DNA of 64,000 nucleotides, taken from NCBI GenBank assembly GCA_000708835.1, contig DF237052.1, forward strand, positions 62,001 to 126,000, written 5' to 3'. This document shows, in pieces, positions 40,001-51,413 of this stretch. The notes under the pieces were generated by a model that saw only the letters and a program-made list of their open reading frames with translations, was not told the origin of the DNA and made no database searches. Within the stretch, counting starts at the first letter, position 1. Each line of letters begins with the position of its first letter. The position numbers and the translations under genes are program-made. The DNA is from Klebsormidium nitens. Lineage: Eukaryota; Plantae; Klebsormidiophyceae.

Positions 40001-41941
40001 ATTTCGAGACCGTCTCTACCACGACGTGTTTGTTGTCAGTCATGTGCAACTCTCTCGTCTCAGGTTTTCCAAGTCACGTAGCCATAATGGACTCTACAGT
40101 GAGCTGCCGCAGAGACTTGGCCGAAAGGGCACCTTGCCGGGCTGGAAGATGCTTTCTGAGGTTTGGAGGCGAAAGCTTTGGAGGAGCTCTGTGTGACAGC
40201 TGAGCCCTTGGCGCCAGGTGTCCAAGGCTATACAAATGTGCTTCACATTTGCCTGCCGTCAGAGTCAGAAGTAGGCTACCGGAGAGAAAGAGGTTTCTGC
40301 ACTTGGAAGTCAATGAGCAACCGCCATTTGTGGCTGTCCCTTTGCTGCAGAACCAGGGGGTGAGAGTACAGCTGTTCAGTCCCTTCAGCTGGTCATAGCA
40401 GGGGGCTGTTATCTGTCGCTTTTGCTCCTCAAAATGGCCCGCTGCGCCAGCAAGCAGACTCTGTAAGGGCCCTCTAGACAGTTCAGCCGTTGCCAAGCCA
40501 GGCGCGTTGAAGAGATACAGCAAAGCGCGGTCCGTGAGAACAGGTGTCTTCATCCAGCCTTTGAAGGGTTTTCCTGAGGAGATGCCCTCCCCGTGACTCT
40601 ACAGCGTTCCGCTGTTCATCAGAGTCTCCAAGCTTCTTAGGCAAGGCAGCCCGTTGGCGTACCCGATTAGTGGAAGCGATTGGCTGGGGCGTGCCTTTGA
40701 AACTCCTTGAAGGTGAGCGTGCGGAAGTTGTTTTCCTGTATCCTCGTAACCTTGTTAGATTCCCTTCCATTCATGTGTACTGCACGCATTAAATCTATCT
40801 CAAGGAAAGGTTGGGTTTACGGGGGCATAAAAACAACCTCTTGCTATGGGCCCAAGCAGAAACACCTGCCTTTGGAAGAATGCAGTCTAAGGACATTACC
40901 ACATCCCTTTGTCTATGAGCTTGAACTAGGCGGGCAGCTGGTCATTGACTCCAGAGCGACATGTTCAAGCCAAGCAGCTCCACCTGTTGTATGTGTAGAA
41001 GTCCCCATCAGAGAATGAGCACGCCAAACCTGTCGTAGTAAATGTGGAGATTGGGCTTCCACCTGTTGCTACCTGCCAATTGCACAGACCTTTACCTGCA
41101 CGCATGAACAGCCCACATTTGGGCTATCCTTTGACTGTTGTAGAAAATGTGCTGGAAGCAAAGAGGCAGGCACTGAGAGTTTGTTGGAAGGGGCTAGGGC
41201 CAGGGGGAATCATTTGTTATTCCATTCCAAAAAACACCCTGGCTGAAAGAGCTCAACAGGGGGTGGTTCTGACCCAATTACAATGGGTGCACATATGTAA
41301 TACGCCTGACGCTGGGGCTCCTTGATGCGTCACCCGTTGCAATGCCGATATCCCAGGGATGTCAATGTGTGCATGCAGAAGGGTTCCTGATTCATGTTTC
41401 TCCAATCGCATGGATTGACCGCATACTGGTCGGCAGAGACTGGGTTCTCCTGGAGGAAGTTGTGGCTTAAGGGACTGCTTCAAGGGGCACTTTATGCATG
41501 TTTGCTGAGGCAGGGGGGTGTCAAGTTCGATTGAGGGGGCCAGTCACCCACATACTTTGGTAGGGGCAGGGAAAGTGACGAGTTTTCATGAGGATACTGT
41601 CATGAGGACACTCGTGTCCCTTATCCATACCTGCCTTTCCCTTCGCAAAGGTTCAGCACCCTAGTGAGCTCCACCAAACATGGTTCCCTCTTTGTAAGCA
41701 GAGGTAGAACAGTGAGCCCCTTGCAGACTGCTCGCTTCGCTCCCATATTTTGAAACAAACAGCAGATGTGCCGCTGCTTGTCTCTAGCAGAAGTACTCTC
41801 ATTCGCTGACTTTGCCTTCTTTTCACACTTCCACGACCTCACCCACTCAACTCTAAAGCGTGGTTTGTCGTGCTCACAGACCCCCACTAAAAGTTACTTT
41901 TCTCTTTGCAGTTGCAAGGCCTCCCCTCCTCCCCCCCCAGA

Positions 41942-44900
41942 ATGTCTGAGGCCACCTTCTCTAGGGAGGGGCCAGACTCCCCGCCCCCCCTCTCTCTTCC
42001 GGGGGGGTCCATTTCCAGCACGCGCTCCTCCTCCCCCGATGCTTGGGGGGTACCTCTGCTGACCAGTACAACCAGCAATGCCAGCTCATTTGAGTTTCAC
42101 CCCCCCGACTCCAAATGGCTCCGACACCATGGCTTTCAGGCCAATACGTTCGCGACACCTGGCACGCCCGCAGACTATGAGGGCCCCTTCCGCACCAACG
42201 TCCGGGCATTCCTGGCGGAGTTTGGCGAGAGGGATCCCTCCCGAGAAGGCGCCCCAGGAGTTGCCACCTGGACGGTCTTCCTGAGGACACCTGGCGGCGT
42301 GGGGTTTGAGCTGCTGATTGTGGAGGAGAATGTCCGGGAGGCCAGGAACACCCACTGCGACCACTGCCGCTCCCAGGGTGAGAATAAGCCCCTACCTGTC
42401 ATTCTCTTCTTCGGGGGCTTTGTGTGCTACACATGGGGGTTGTACTTTGCTGTCATGTGCTGTTCTTTGAGCTTCATTCCAGGTTCGCCTTTGCATGCAC
42501 TTTCACTATGTTGCATTATCTTTTCTCTGTTGCTCCTTCTGGAGCAAGGATGAAGTACTCAGGTCCTACGCTTCTAGCTACTTTCTTTTTCAATCCTTTT
42601 CTTTCTTTTGGGTACTGCTTGACTTAAACAGCCGTTTCAAAGAGCTCCCTCCTGATTCGTATTTGGATACTGCATGGTCTGGATATTGGATCCTTGAACA
42701 TCGTCAAAAATTGTAAAGTTTTGGAGAGTGATTGCTAAAGAAGTGGCATGCCTTTCAGGAGAGCACCTGTTGTTAAGGTTCTTGTCTTCCTGTTTTGGTA
42801 GATCCTCTATCTTCGTTCCTCCTTAAGGTTGATTAAGCAGCATTAATGAGCAGTTCTGATTGTTCTGCACCTCATAGGACTTGTCAATGCTTATTTTGAG
42901 TAAGGCCCCTTTGATTCCGGGGAGCATACCCTGCTGCCAAGTTAAGCTCTTCTTAACAGCGCCTCTCATTTGAACCTTGAAAAACCTTCGAGAGCTTTTC
43001 TCTTTATCCACCTTCATCTTTTTCACAAGCAGTCCTACTCCATAGTAAAGGATTTCTTGAAGCCTCAAATTTTCACAGAGTTCTCTTTCAGAGGCTGGCC
43101 TTTCATTTTGCCCAGTCTTTCATCGTGAATGCTCCAAAAAAGGTGCCACTAGAATGCATGCATCCTCCTCAGCGGCTGTACCAGAACTTCGTCGCCTTTC
43201 TGAGCAGCTTCAGTAGATATGTTCTCGAGACTCGTTAACCCAGGATTTGCCCCACAAGAACCAGAAAATACCCATTGCAGGAAGCTGAAAGTACTACTTA
43301 GTAAGGCTCTCTGCTCCCAAGAAAGTCGCAGCTCAAGTCTCTTGCAAAGACTCGTCAAGAACTGTCGACAACAACACATATCTTGCAAAAAGTGCTTCTT
43401 GGTTTCAGAAACCAACCGTGCAACAAGCGTCGCAATCTCTGCATCAAACCATCTCTCTCTCTAGGCTGGGCCCATCACCCTGTCTGCAAGCGACGCTACC
43501 ACTTCATCATCCCCCGTCAGAAGTCGGACGACTCGGGCCGCTCACCCAAACGGACGTCCAAAGGGCCACGTGCCTGCCCCTCGTGCGACGCCGTCGTCTA
43601 TTCGGACGAAGATTGGTGCTCCCTTTGCGGGCAGAATGTGGTGAGCTCTCTATTCCAAATTCCTTAGACCCACTGTTTTCCGGGCGTCACCGAACTCTGA
43701 AGTTGCTACCTAATAACTTTTCAAGAGTTTTATGACATCAGGATGTTGTCATAAGTTGTGTAGACAAGAAGTGGTGCACTTTGGCGAATCAAACTTAGGT
43801 GAGCTCTCCGCAGAAATCTCAAGATGGTCACTTCGACGTTTCGGTTTTCGAACTTTCAAGCTCAACATCTGGTTAGCATTTCTGGGCGTCTGGCCCTTGT
43901 CTGAAAAGTTCGGCTCACCGGTTTTTGAAAGAAGAAAGTCAGGATGGTTCCAATTTGGGGATCTTGTGCTTTGCGTTTTTGCAAAGCTTCCTTTTTGTAT
44001 GAAAGCTCTATGACCGATTTTACAGTGCTTGCTGCGTCAACTTGTATCGTCGACTGACCTTGTCTATGTCGGGTGCTCCATTTCGCACCCGAAAAGCTTT
44101 CTTCGGTTTACAAACAGGCAAAGATTGCGTACGAACTCATTTCTCCTCCTCAAATCTGGCGCAGTTGGTTCTTCTCTTGATCTGGACCTTAAAGCAGACC
44201 CAAACGTGAACGTATTTCTTGCTTGCTGCCCCATTACCCGAAGGTCCAGCACTCGGTCTCTGGACGATCGAAAAGGATTCAAAAGGAGGCAGCTTCCAAT
44301 CTACAAATGTTCACTGCACCAAAGAGCACCTGTAAATATCGATGACGTCTTTAGGGGCACCTGGCTCAGGCTTGCCGTTCTTGACTTCCGCCATCTGACC
44401 GTCGATGCTGTCGTCAAAGAACCAGCGCCGTTGATAGCAGGTTTAATGAAAGGTCCCTTAACTAAATTGGACTCCCGTTTCGTACGCTCAGGCGCTGTCC
44501 GGACTTCTCGAGGCGTCCGACCACGTCATGCATGGCGTCATCCACTCGAACGGGTACGGTCACCTGTACGTCATCAGCGGGAAGGAGAGCGGTTCGGCGC
44601 TGCTGACCGGAGCAGAGGCTATGGGTCTTTGGGATAGGATATGCGCCATGCTGCGCGCCAGGTAAGCTCCGAGATTTTTAACTAGCTTGGGCCTGAATCC
44701 AGTCGCTTTTCCGTCTTAGTATTGCTCATAAAAGATTGAAATGTGAGCCTTGAACCCCGACCTGAGGAGGAGGGAAGAAGGGCTCTAGAAGGCTGGTGAA
44801 AAGTTACGTCGTTTGCAATTCTTTTTGCGGAGAATGCAGATAGGGGTTACGCAGCCCTTCTCCTGACAAAAGAAAGAGCGTTACACAGCCCTAATCTTGT

Positions 44901-47900
44901 CAAACCCTCTGCGTTCATTCGTCCTTCTCTTTTCAGTGCATCTAGGGCAGAATTTGATCCTGGGTCTCAACGAAAGTTGCCCTTCCATAACTCCACCTGT
45001 CCGCTTTACAACCTAGATCACTTAGTCCTACATTTCGGAGTTCGGGAATCCGCATTTTCCTCTGCTCTAATTTTGATCTGACCGATCTCAATTTCTCCTC
45101 TAAGCAAGTCCTCTGACCTTGTTGGACCCCTTTTCTCGCCGAGTTTCCACTCATACTTCATACGTAAACCAGTTTCTACGCAGTTCAGTAAACAAAAATG
45201 TTGACTTTTTTATTGAAATCCTTCTCTAAACCCAACGTTGATTATTCCTTTTTCCAGGCGCATCAGTCTGGAAGACTCGTCCAAACGACTCGGCTGCGAC
45301 CTGCGTCTCCTTCACGGCGTAGGTTACGGCCAAACCTGGTTCGGGAACTGGGGTTACAAGTTCAGCCGCGGCAGTTTCGGGATAACCCGCCAGGGTTACC
45401 AGCGGGCACTGGCCGCCCTGCGAGGCCTGGAGGTGTCCGAATTGTTGGACAAGATCGCTGGTGCGGACGACGAACTGGGCCGGATCGTCCGGCAGTACCA
45501 AAAGACAGGCGAGAAGGTGAGACCCTGTTGGCAAACATGGGCAGTTGACTCGCACGTTTTCTTCATTTCGAAGTTTCATTGAAGGGCTTCGACAGGGCCT
45601 CGCTTTGCCTCGGGAAGTAAAGGCTGTACGACCGACGTTTCTAAGAGTTTGGAGTCCGTTTGACTCAAAGTTGGCAGTCACAATGGGTCGCGCGCACAAG
45701 CAAGCTGGTTCTGAAACCGTTCCATCTTGAGACCCCATCGGTTCCATTCACCAGGGTCTGTGCAACAAAACAGAACATCTCCCCAGCCCCTTTTCTAAGA
45801 AGTCTCGACTCAACCTCAAAATTCTTGGCCATGGTGCGTTTTTGATCCGAATCCTTTCTAACTGTCGCGCAGGAGGTCAAGACCGTTGGAGACCTCGTGC
45901 GCCGTCTGCTCGAGACACGTGTCGCCACCACGGATGCCGCTAAATCTACACGCAAAAACTGCGACAATCTTCACTCGAGCGATTCCTGATTCAGTCAATC
46001 TTAAAACCGCCGGGTCATATCAACCCATGTCTAACCTCTTAGACTCTTTGCGCAGGAGCTCAAGACCGTCGGCGACCTAGTGCGCTGTTTGTTGGAGACA
46101 CGTGTCGCCACCACGGATGCCGCCCCCCCGCCCCCGCCAACTCCCTCTCCCAAGCCGTGCGGACGGCCGACGAAGCGTTCGCGAGCGTCCGAAGAGGCGA
46201 CCGTCCAGGGAGAGGAGCAGTGCCGCTGGTCGCCGAAACGGCTGGAGCACGTGCAGCAGGTGGTGCTGACCGCGTTGCTAGAGAGCGGCAAAAAGTGAGC
46301 GTCTCGAAGTTGTCAACATTCCCCTTTCCTTGTTTGTTTCGGCCTCTTCATGGTTAAGACTCGGTTCTAAATGATGTATCTGATTGAAGCTAAGCGCCCA
46401 GTCCGGAACAAGTATCAATCGACCTGCTATTTCGGTAAGAGTTCATGACCGCCCAATGGTCGCAGGCTGATTTTCTCAGGTCTGTCTCACGTTTGAACTG
46501 TAATCTCCTAATCTGACGCAACACACCTTCCCTTAAAGGATGCCGAGCTTAAACGCCCCTCCTTTGGAACTGACATATTTACCAAAGTCAGTTGAGTGTC
46601 CGGCAGACTTAACAATTGTCTACTCCTGATCGACAAACTGTCCTCAACAAAAAGCGACCCAATCGCCAATATGCACGACGAGGGAACTCATCACTCCCTC
46701 AGACTGCCAGACTTCGGACCCTCTTCCTTATGCAGGTTTGCGCCCCCGTCAGGAGATCCGCGATCTGGCCCCCCAGTCGATGGGGGACGCCGGGCTCCTG
46801 TCCCTAGAGTTGTCAGCTTATCATACGCCGTTGATAGCTTTTTGTACGAGACTGTCAGTGTATAATACGAGCCCCTTTTCTCATGCAGGTGGGTGCCCCG
46901 TCAGGAGATCCGCGATCTGGCCCGCCAGTCGGTGGGAGACACCGGGCTCCTGGACTACGTGCTAAAAGGCCTCGGGGGAAAGAAACTGGGCGGCTACACG
47001 TTCCGGAGGGAGGTCAACCAGGTGCGGTTTCGCTTAACCCATGTGGTCAAGGCCTTGATTCCGCTAACCTCTTTCGAAGGCGTTGCTACATTTGCAAATT
47101 GCTTTTAACAAGTCAAAGATTGGATCCCTTTCGGCTGGTCCGTCGGGGCTTTGGGTCTCGCGCTTCTAGTTCTCTGGAAAGATTGTAACGTTTGGTGTAG
47201 CTAGGAGGTCCGTGCGTAAGGTTCTCCTTGCAGATAGAGCTCTACTTCTTGTTCTCCAGACAGATTTTGAAGCTGCAGAGAGACCTGAAGACTGATTGCC
47301 GTGGTCTCATTTGGTCTGCATACTTTGACCATTTTTGTCGTATTTTCTCGACTGTTTTACGTAGCCTTCCGCTGATGGATTCTCAGTCAAGAACTCTGAC
47401 CCGCACGTTTGGACGTCCGCAGTCGACGCGCGTACTGGAATTCGGACTCCGAAAAGACAAGGAACCCGCCAAAGAGTTCCCCCCCGCGCCCGTCCCCTCG
47501 CCGCCCTCAAAGGCCGCCACGTGTCGTGCTGACGTCACCAAGGACATCCTATACGTGTACCGAAACGTGTTGGACCGTCACAGGGCGACGCTGGGGGGAA
47601 AGGGTTCTGAGACTGCTCGCGCGATTGAAACGGCCAGGCGGGTGGTTCTCGATACGCGGTACTTTGTCAAAGATTACAGGTAAGGGGTCTGCAAACCCGG
47701 GTTTGCCGTTTCAATGTTTTGGGTTCCCTTTGAAGTAGGTCAATAGACTGCGATAAGGTCAAGTGTTTGCCTAAAGGGGACTGGTCTGCAGGAAGGGTCG
47801 TTGCTAAAAAGTTCGTTCTATGCATCCACTTAGATTCGCCCCTTAGGCTCCAGTTTTGGGGCAAAGCTTGCTTACCGAAACTCTTCGTCCGCGCTGGGCT

Positions 47901-49351
47901 TGTGATACGACGGCGTCCGACCTTCATCCGATCTTCGTGTCTTTCGTCGTTCCGCTGCTCGCGCCAGTGCTGCGCATTCCGCTGACCAATCCGCTGCCCG
48001 TTCCGCTGAGCATCCCGCTGCTCGTTCCGCTGCTCTTCAAGGGGAGCACTCTCGCCGCTTGCTTCAGTGCTGTATTTTGCTTGATCGTTCCGCTGCCCTT
48101 CCAGAAAGAGAAATTCCCGCCGCTCCAACCGATGCAGCTCATTCCGCCGGCCATTCCGCTGATCCTTTCCGCTGCTCGTTCCGTTGCTTTCCAGGGGAGA
48201 GCACACCCGGCGGGACAGCGACGCTGGGCGTGCGCAATCTGCGGACGACGAGTTGCTGCGAGTTATGGTCCAAGTGAAGACGTCCGACGTTCCGGCGCAC
48301 GGTTCCGGCCACCACCCGCCGCCGGAACTGGTCGTGCTGCCGAAGAACGGAACGGTTGCGAGGCTGAAGGTGGGTTCTTCTCAGTCTCTTCTGTTCGTCG
48401 TTTCTTGTCTCTAAGCCTTATATGCGGCATCCAGCCAGGATTGTCTACGACAAGAATTCCAAAGATTGTTACGAGAATTCAGAAATGGTTACTTCGTCCA
48501 GCGCCTCGTATCAACAAAATCCCCGGTTAAGCGGAGTTCTAACTCCAAGTTCCTTCCCCCTCTCCAGGTGGCCGCGCGCAAAGCTTTCAGCGACACGTAT
48601 CTTATGATGCGCGACTTCACCGTGACTGACGTCACCATCCCGTCATTCGAAGACCTGGAGGATGACGACACGCTTGCGGACCTGGTCGAGCAGGGCGCGC
48701 TCATCACCGTCATGGGGCCGGGTAAGCTGACGTCACTGGGACCTTAACTTTGTTTCTTTTGTTCTACTCTACTTGATTGGTCTGTCATGTATTTGACATT
48801 AAACATGACGTTTCCTTTGTTCCCCGCTGATTTTCTTTTCGTCCCTTGCTGAATGAGCATCTGTTCCCGTCATCCCTCTGCTCGGGCTCCGGATGCTGAC
48901 GTCACCTTGTCGTCTTTCTTTTCCTCATATTCTTCTCCCTAATCAAATGCGTTTTTATGTCACTTACAGAACTGTAAGTCTGCTAACGTCAGCTTATAAT
49001 GTTGCCGAATCCGCTTTTGCAAAGACATGCGTCTTTCAGCTTTGAGAGAACTTCCAGGCTGACAGCAAAATTGAGAGCCCGGAGTTTGACGTCATCGTGG
49101 CGTCATTTCCAGGCATTGATTACGGCTGCCCGGAGCGGTACGAGGGCGGCATCGAGCAGTGGTTCGTGGACTGCTCGTGCGGGGCACGTGACGACGACGG
49201 AGAGCGTATGGTCTCCTGCGATAAGTGCGACGTCTGGCAGCATACGCGATGCAACCGGATAGGGGATAGGGAGCACGTGCCCAGCACGTTCCTGTGCAGC
49301 CGGTGCAGGGCGGAAGCGGAGCCGGCGGAAGATGGGTTCGGCTGGGCGTGA
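41942..49351 (+). CDS. MS1/MMD1(DUET)-family PHD-finger chromatin protein; 10 exons, about 745 aa
   Basis: Exons 41942-42377, 43465-43640, 44492-44661, 45258-45516, 46056-46294, 46889-47021, 47423-47679, 48195-48369, 48568-48721 and 49113-49351 (2238 nt, in frame). Motifs: FRTNVRAFL, HCDHCRSQGWAHH..CKRRYHFIIP, HGVIHSNGYGHL, LWDRIC, RLLHGVGYGQTWFGNWGYKF, RWSPKRL, RQEIRDLARQSVGDTGLLDYVLK, PPPELVVLP and the C-terminal PHD VDCSCGARDDDGERMVSCDKCDVWQHTRC..C..C. An acceptor at 41911 implies an upstream exon, so the start codon is uncertain. Confidence 0.92.
45860..45941 (+). repeat. Intronic copy of the MMD1-like exon 5 start with intact acceptor
   Basis: cgcag|EVKTVGDLVRRLLETRVATTDAA at 45873 against cgcag|ELKTVGDLVRCLLETRVATTDAA at 46056. 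The copy runs into TGA at 45987-45989. Confidence 0.95.
46720..46800 (+). repeat. Intronic copy of the MMD1-like exon 6 start with intact acceptor
   Basis: atgcag|gtttgcgcccccgtcaggagatccgcgatctggccc...gggctcctg at 46736 against the exon at 46889; the copy is frameshifted. Confidence 0.92.
47946..48185. repeat. Degenerate 12-bp minisatellite (ttccgctg core) in MMD1-like intron 7
   Basis: caatccgctgcc/cgttccgctgag/catcccgctgct/cgttccgctgct and further ccgctg units up to the acceptor. Confidence 0.8.
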
Positions 49352-51413
49352 ACGGAACGGAACTGAAAATATTTAGAAGGGGTTTTAGCTGGAAAACTCC
49401 AAAAAGCTGATGGAATGGATCGGGGATGATGGCGGGGGGAAATAAGAGGGGCTCTGTGGACGAAAGTCTTTTCCAGCAACTTGTTGGAAAAGCCGGAGAA
49501 GTCGATCGGGCTAATATTGTCTTATATGCGTTGTGGGCAAGAGGCTCGATTGGTATTATCGGGGAAAGCGCGTGTTGATATGGAAGAAAAATGGGTTGGG
49601 TTTAACAGCGTGTTGAGGAGGGGAGCAATTGGGTTGCGTCTAACGTCAGACGGCCGAGGATGTTCCACTCGGGCGAAAACATTGCAAGTAACTGATTTGG
49701 CGTCCTGCGAACCGGGGCTTTGAAGGAGTGCTTTTGAAGCCTTGGGATTGGCGGCGGGGGCCTTTGCTGCTTACCTTTGGTGAATAACAGCGCAGCGGGA
49801 AAGCTGTACTTCTTACCTAGATTGTCATCACCCGATGCTTCGGAAAGTGAGCGGTCGTTGTGGTAAAGACACGTGTGCGGGCTCGCACGTGTGTCTCTTG
49901 TGAATAGTCTGATAAGATAAGGTGTGAAACCGCCCTCCAGATACTCAGTCACGCAGCATTAAACCAGTCATGTGTGCCACGTTCGCTTCCGGTAAGGCCG
50001 TATAGGTTGTGTCTCACAACTTCCAGTCAGAGGCCGAACGAAGTGAAACGTTTTTATTTGCGTGGGGTGGGCTAGCTAAAGCTAGCCAAAAAGACCATTG
50101 ATTAAATTCATCTGTGAGTTAAGTAGATCGGCATGGACTTCCTGCCAAAAGACAAACGTTTGTTCACATTAGTGACAACGATAGGCTGAGCACGCTTCTA
50201 TAAATCACTAAATACAGGTACGTCCAGGTCGACCCGAAGCTCGTTAACTGATTCGTCGCACTACTTCCTCTATCTTGCCATGACTGTCAGAGCGATTCGC
50301 TTCACCGCGTCGGACGTACGTGACCTTCGATTAAGGCAGGATAAAAGATTTCATTTGCATCGCGCATACGGTGAAGGTACGTGCTGATCGAGACACATTC
50401 AGTGCACATGCATCTACACCGTTTCTTTCCATGCCAAGAATCCTGCTAATGCATATGACAAGCACTTAGTGTATTGCCGCCGTGTATCATATGTGTCCAA
50501 TAATTCAGCCTACTATAAGTTACACTCGCGGCATGCTTTTGGCCCGATCGTTGCAGCCTTCGGAGCCTGATAAGTTACCGCTTGCCAGCTCGAACCCTGT
50601 CTCGAGTCCGTGATATTAAGCTTAAGCTAGTTGACAAGCTGCACGTAGATAGAAGCGCGCACGCGTATTAACTGATAGCTTAGTAGGCCCGGCCGAGCGG
50701 CCGCAAATTAATTAACGAGAGGCCTTCATGTTTGCTGAGTACACATCACGCGAGTCCCACGTTATCGCTAGGCTTTTACAAGTTGCGTGCATGCATGAGG
50801 ATTTTGGCAACACGCACATGACCATGCGACGGTCCGATCCATCAAAATTGGCATAATATATGTGTGTAACTTTTTCCGCATTGCCAAGAGTACCGTCCAA
50901 ACAACTCGGCCCTTGACGTACTGGCCCTCATGATATGACGTCAAGACAGCTCGCAAGCTAGTGCTAGCGATTTAGAATGTGATTTATCAGGTCAATAACG
51001 TTCAAAATCGTCATAATGCCGACCAGTATCTGCAGTACGGTTCGACACTAACTGACGTGCATTACGGCTTCTCCGATGATCGCATACTGCAGGCGCACCC
51101 TGTTTTGTTACTGTGACAGCATGGTGAAGCACCGTGCGTAACATACACGATCATGCAAGCAGCCAATGAAAACTCAGTGAGCCATCAGGTCTTCCCGCCA
51201 ATTCGTGGACAAATCCGCGTGGATTTAGGGCGGATTCCTTACGAGTCCCTGGAAAGAAGACCTCTCTTTGCCAGAACGCTACACATTACCGCTTCTGACT
51301 AGCAAACGACCTCAACATTGGAAAGGTAGTACGTACTCTCCTATTCGCTTTTCATACGGCTTTTCATCAAAAGAAATCCGCAGAGTAGCTGGACTCCCAT
51401 ACTATGATAGTTC

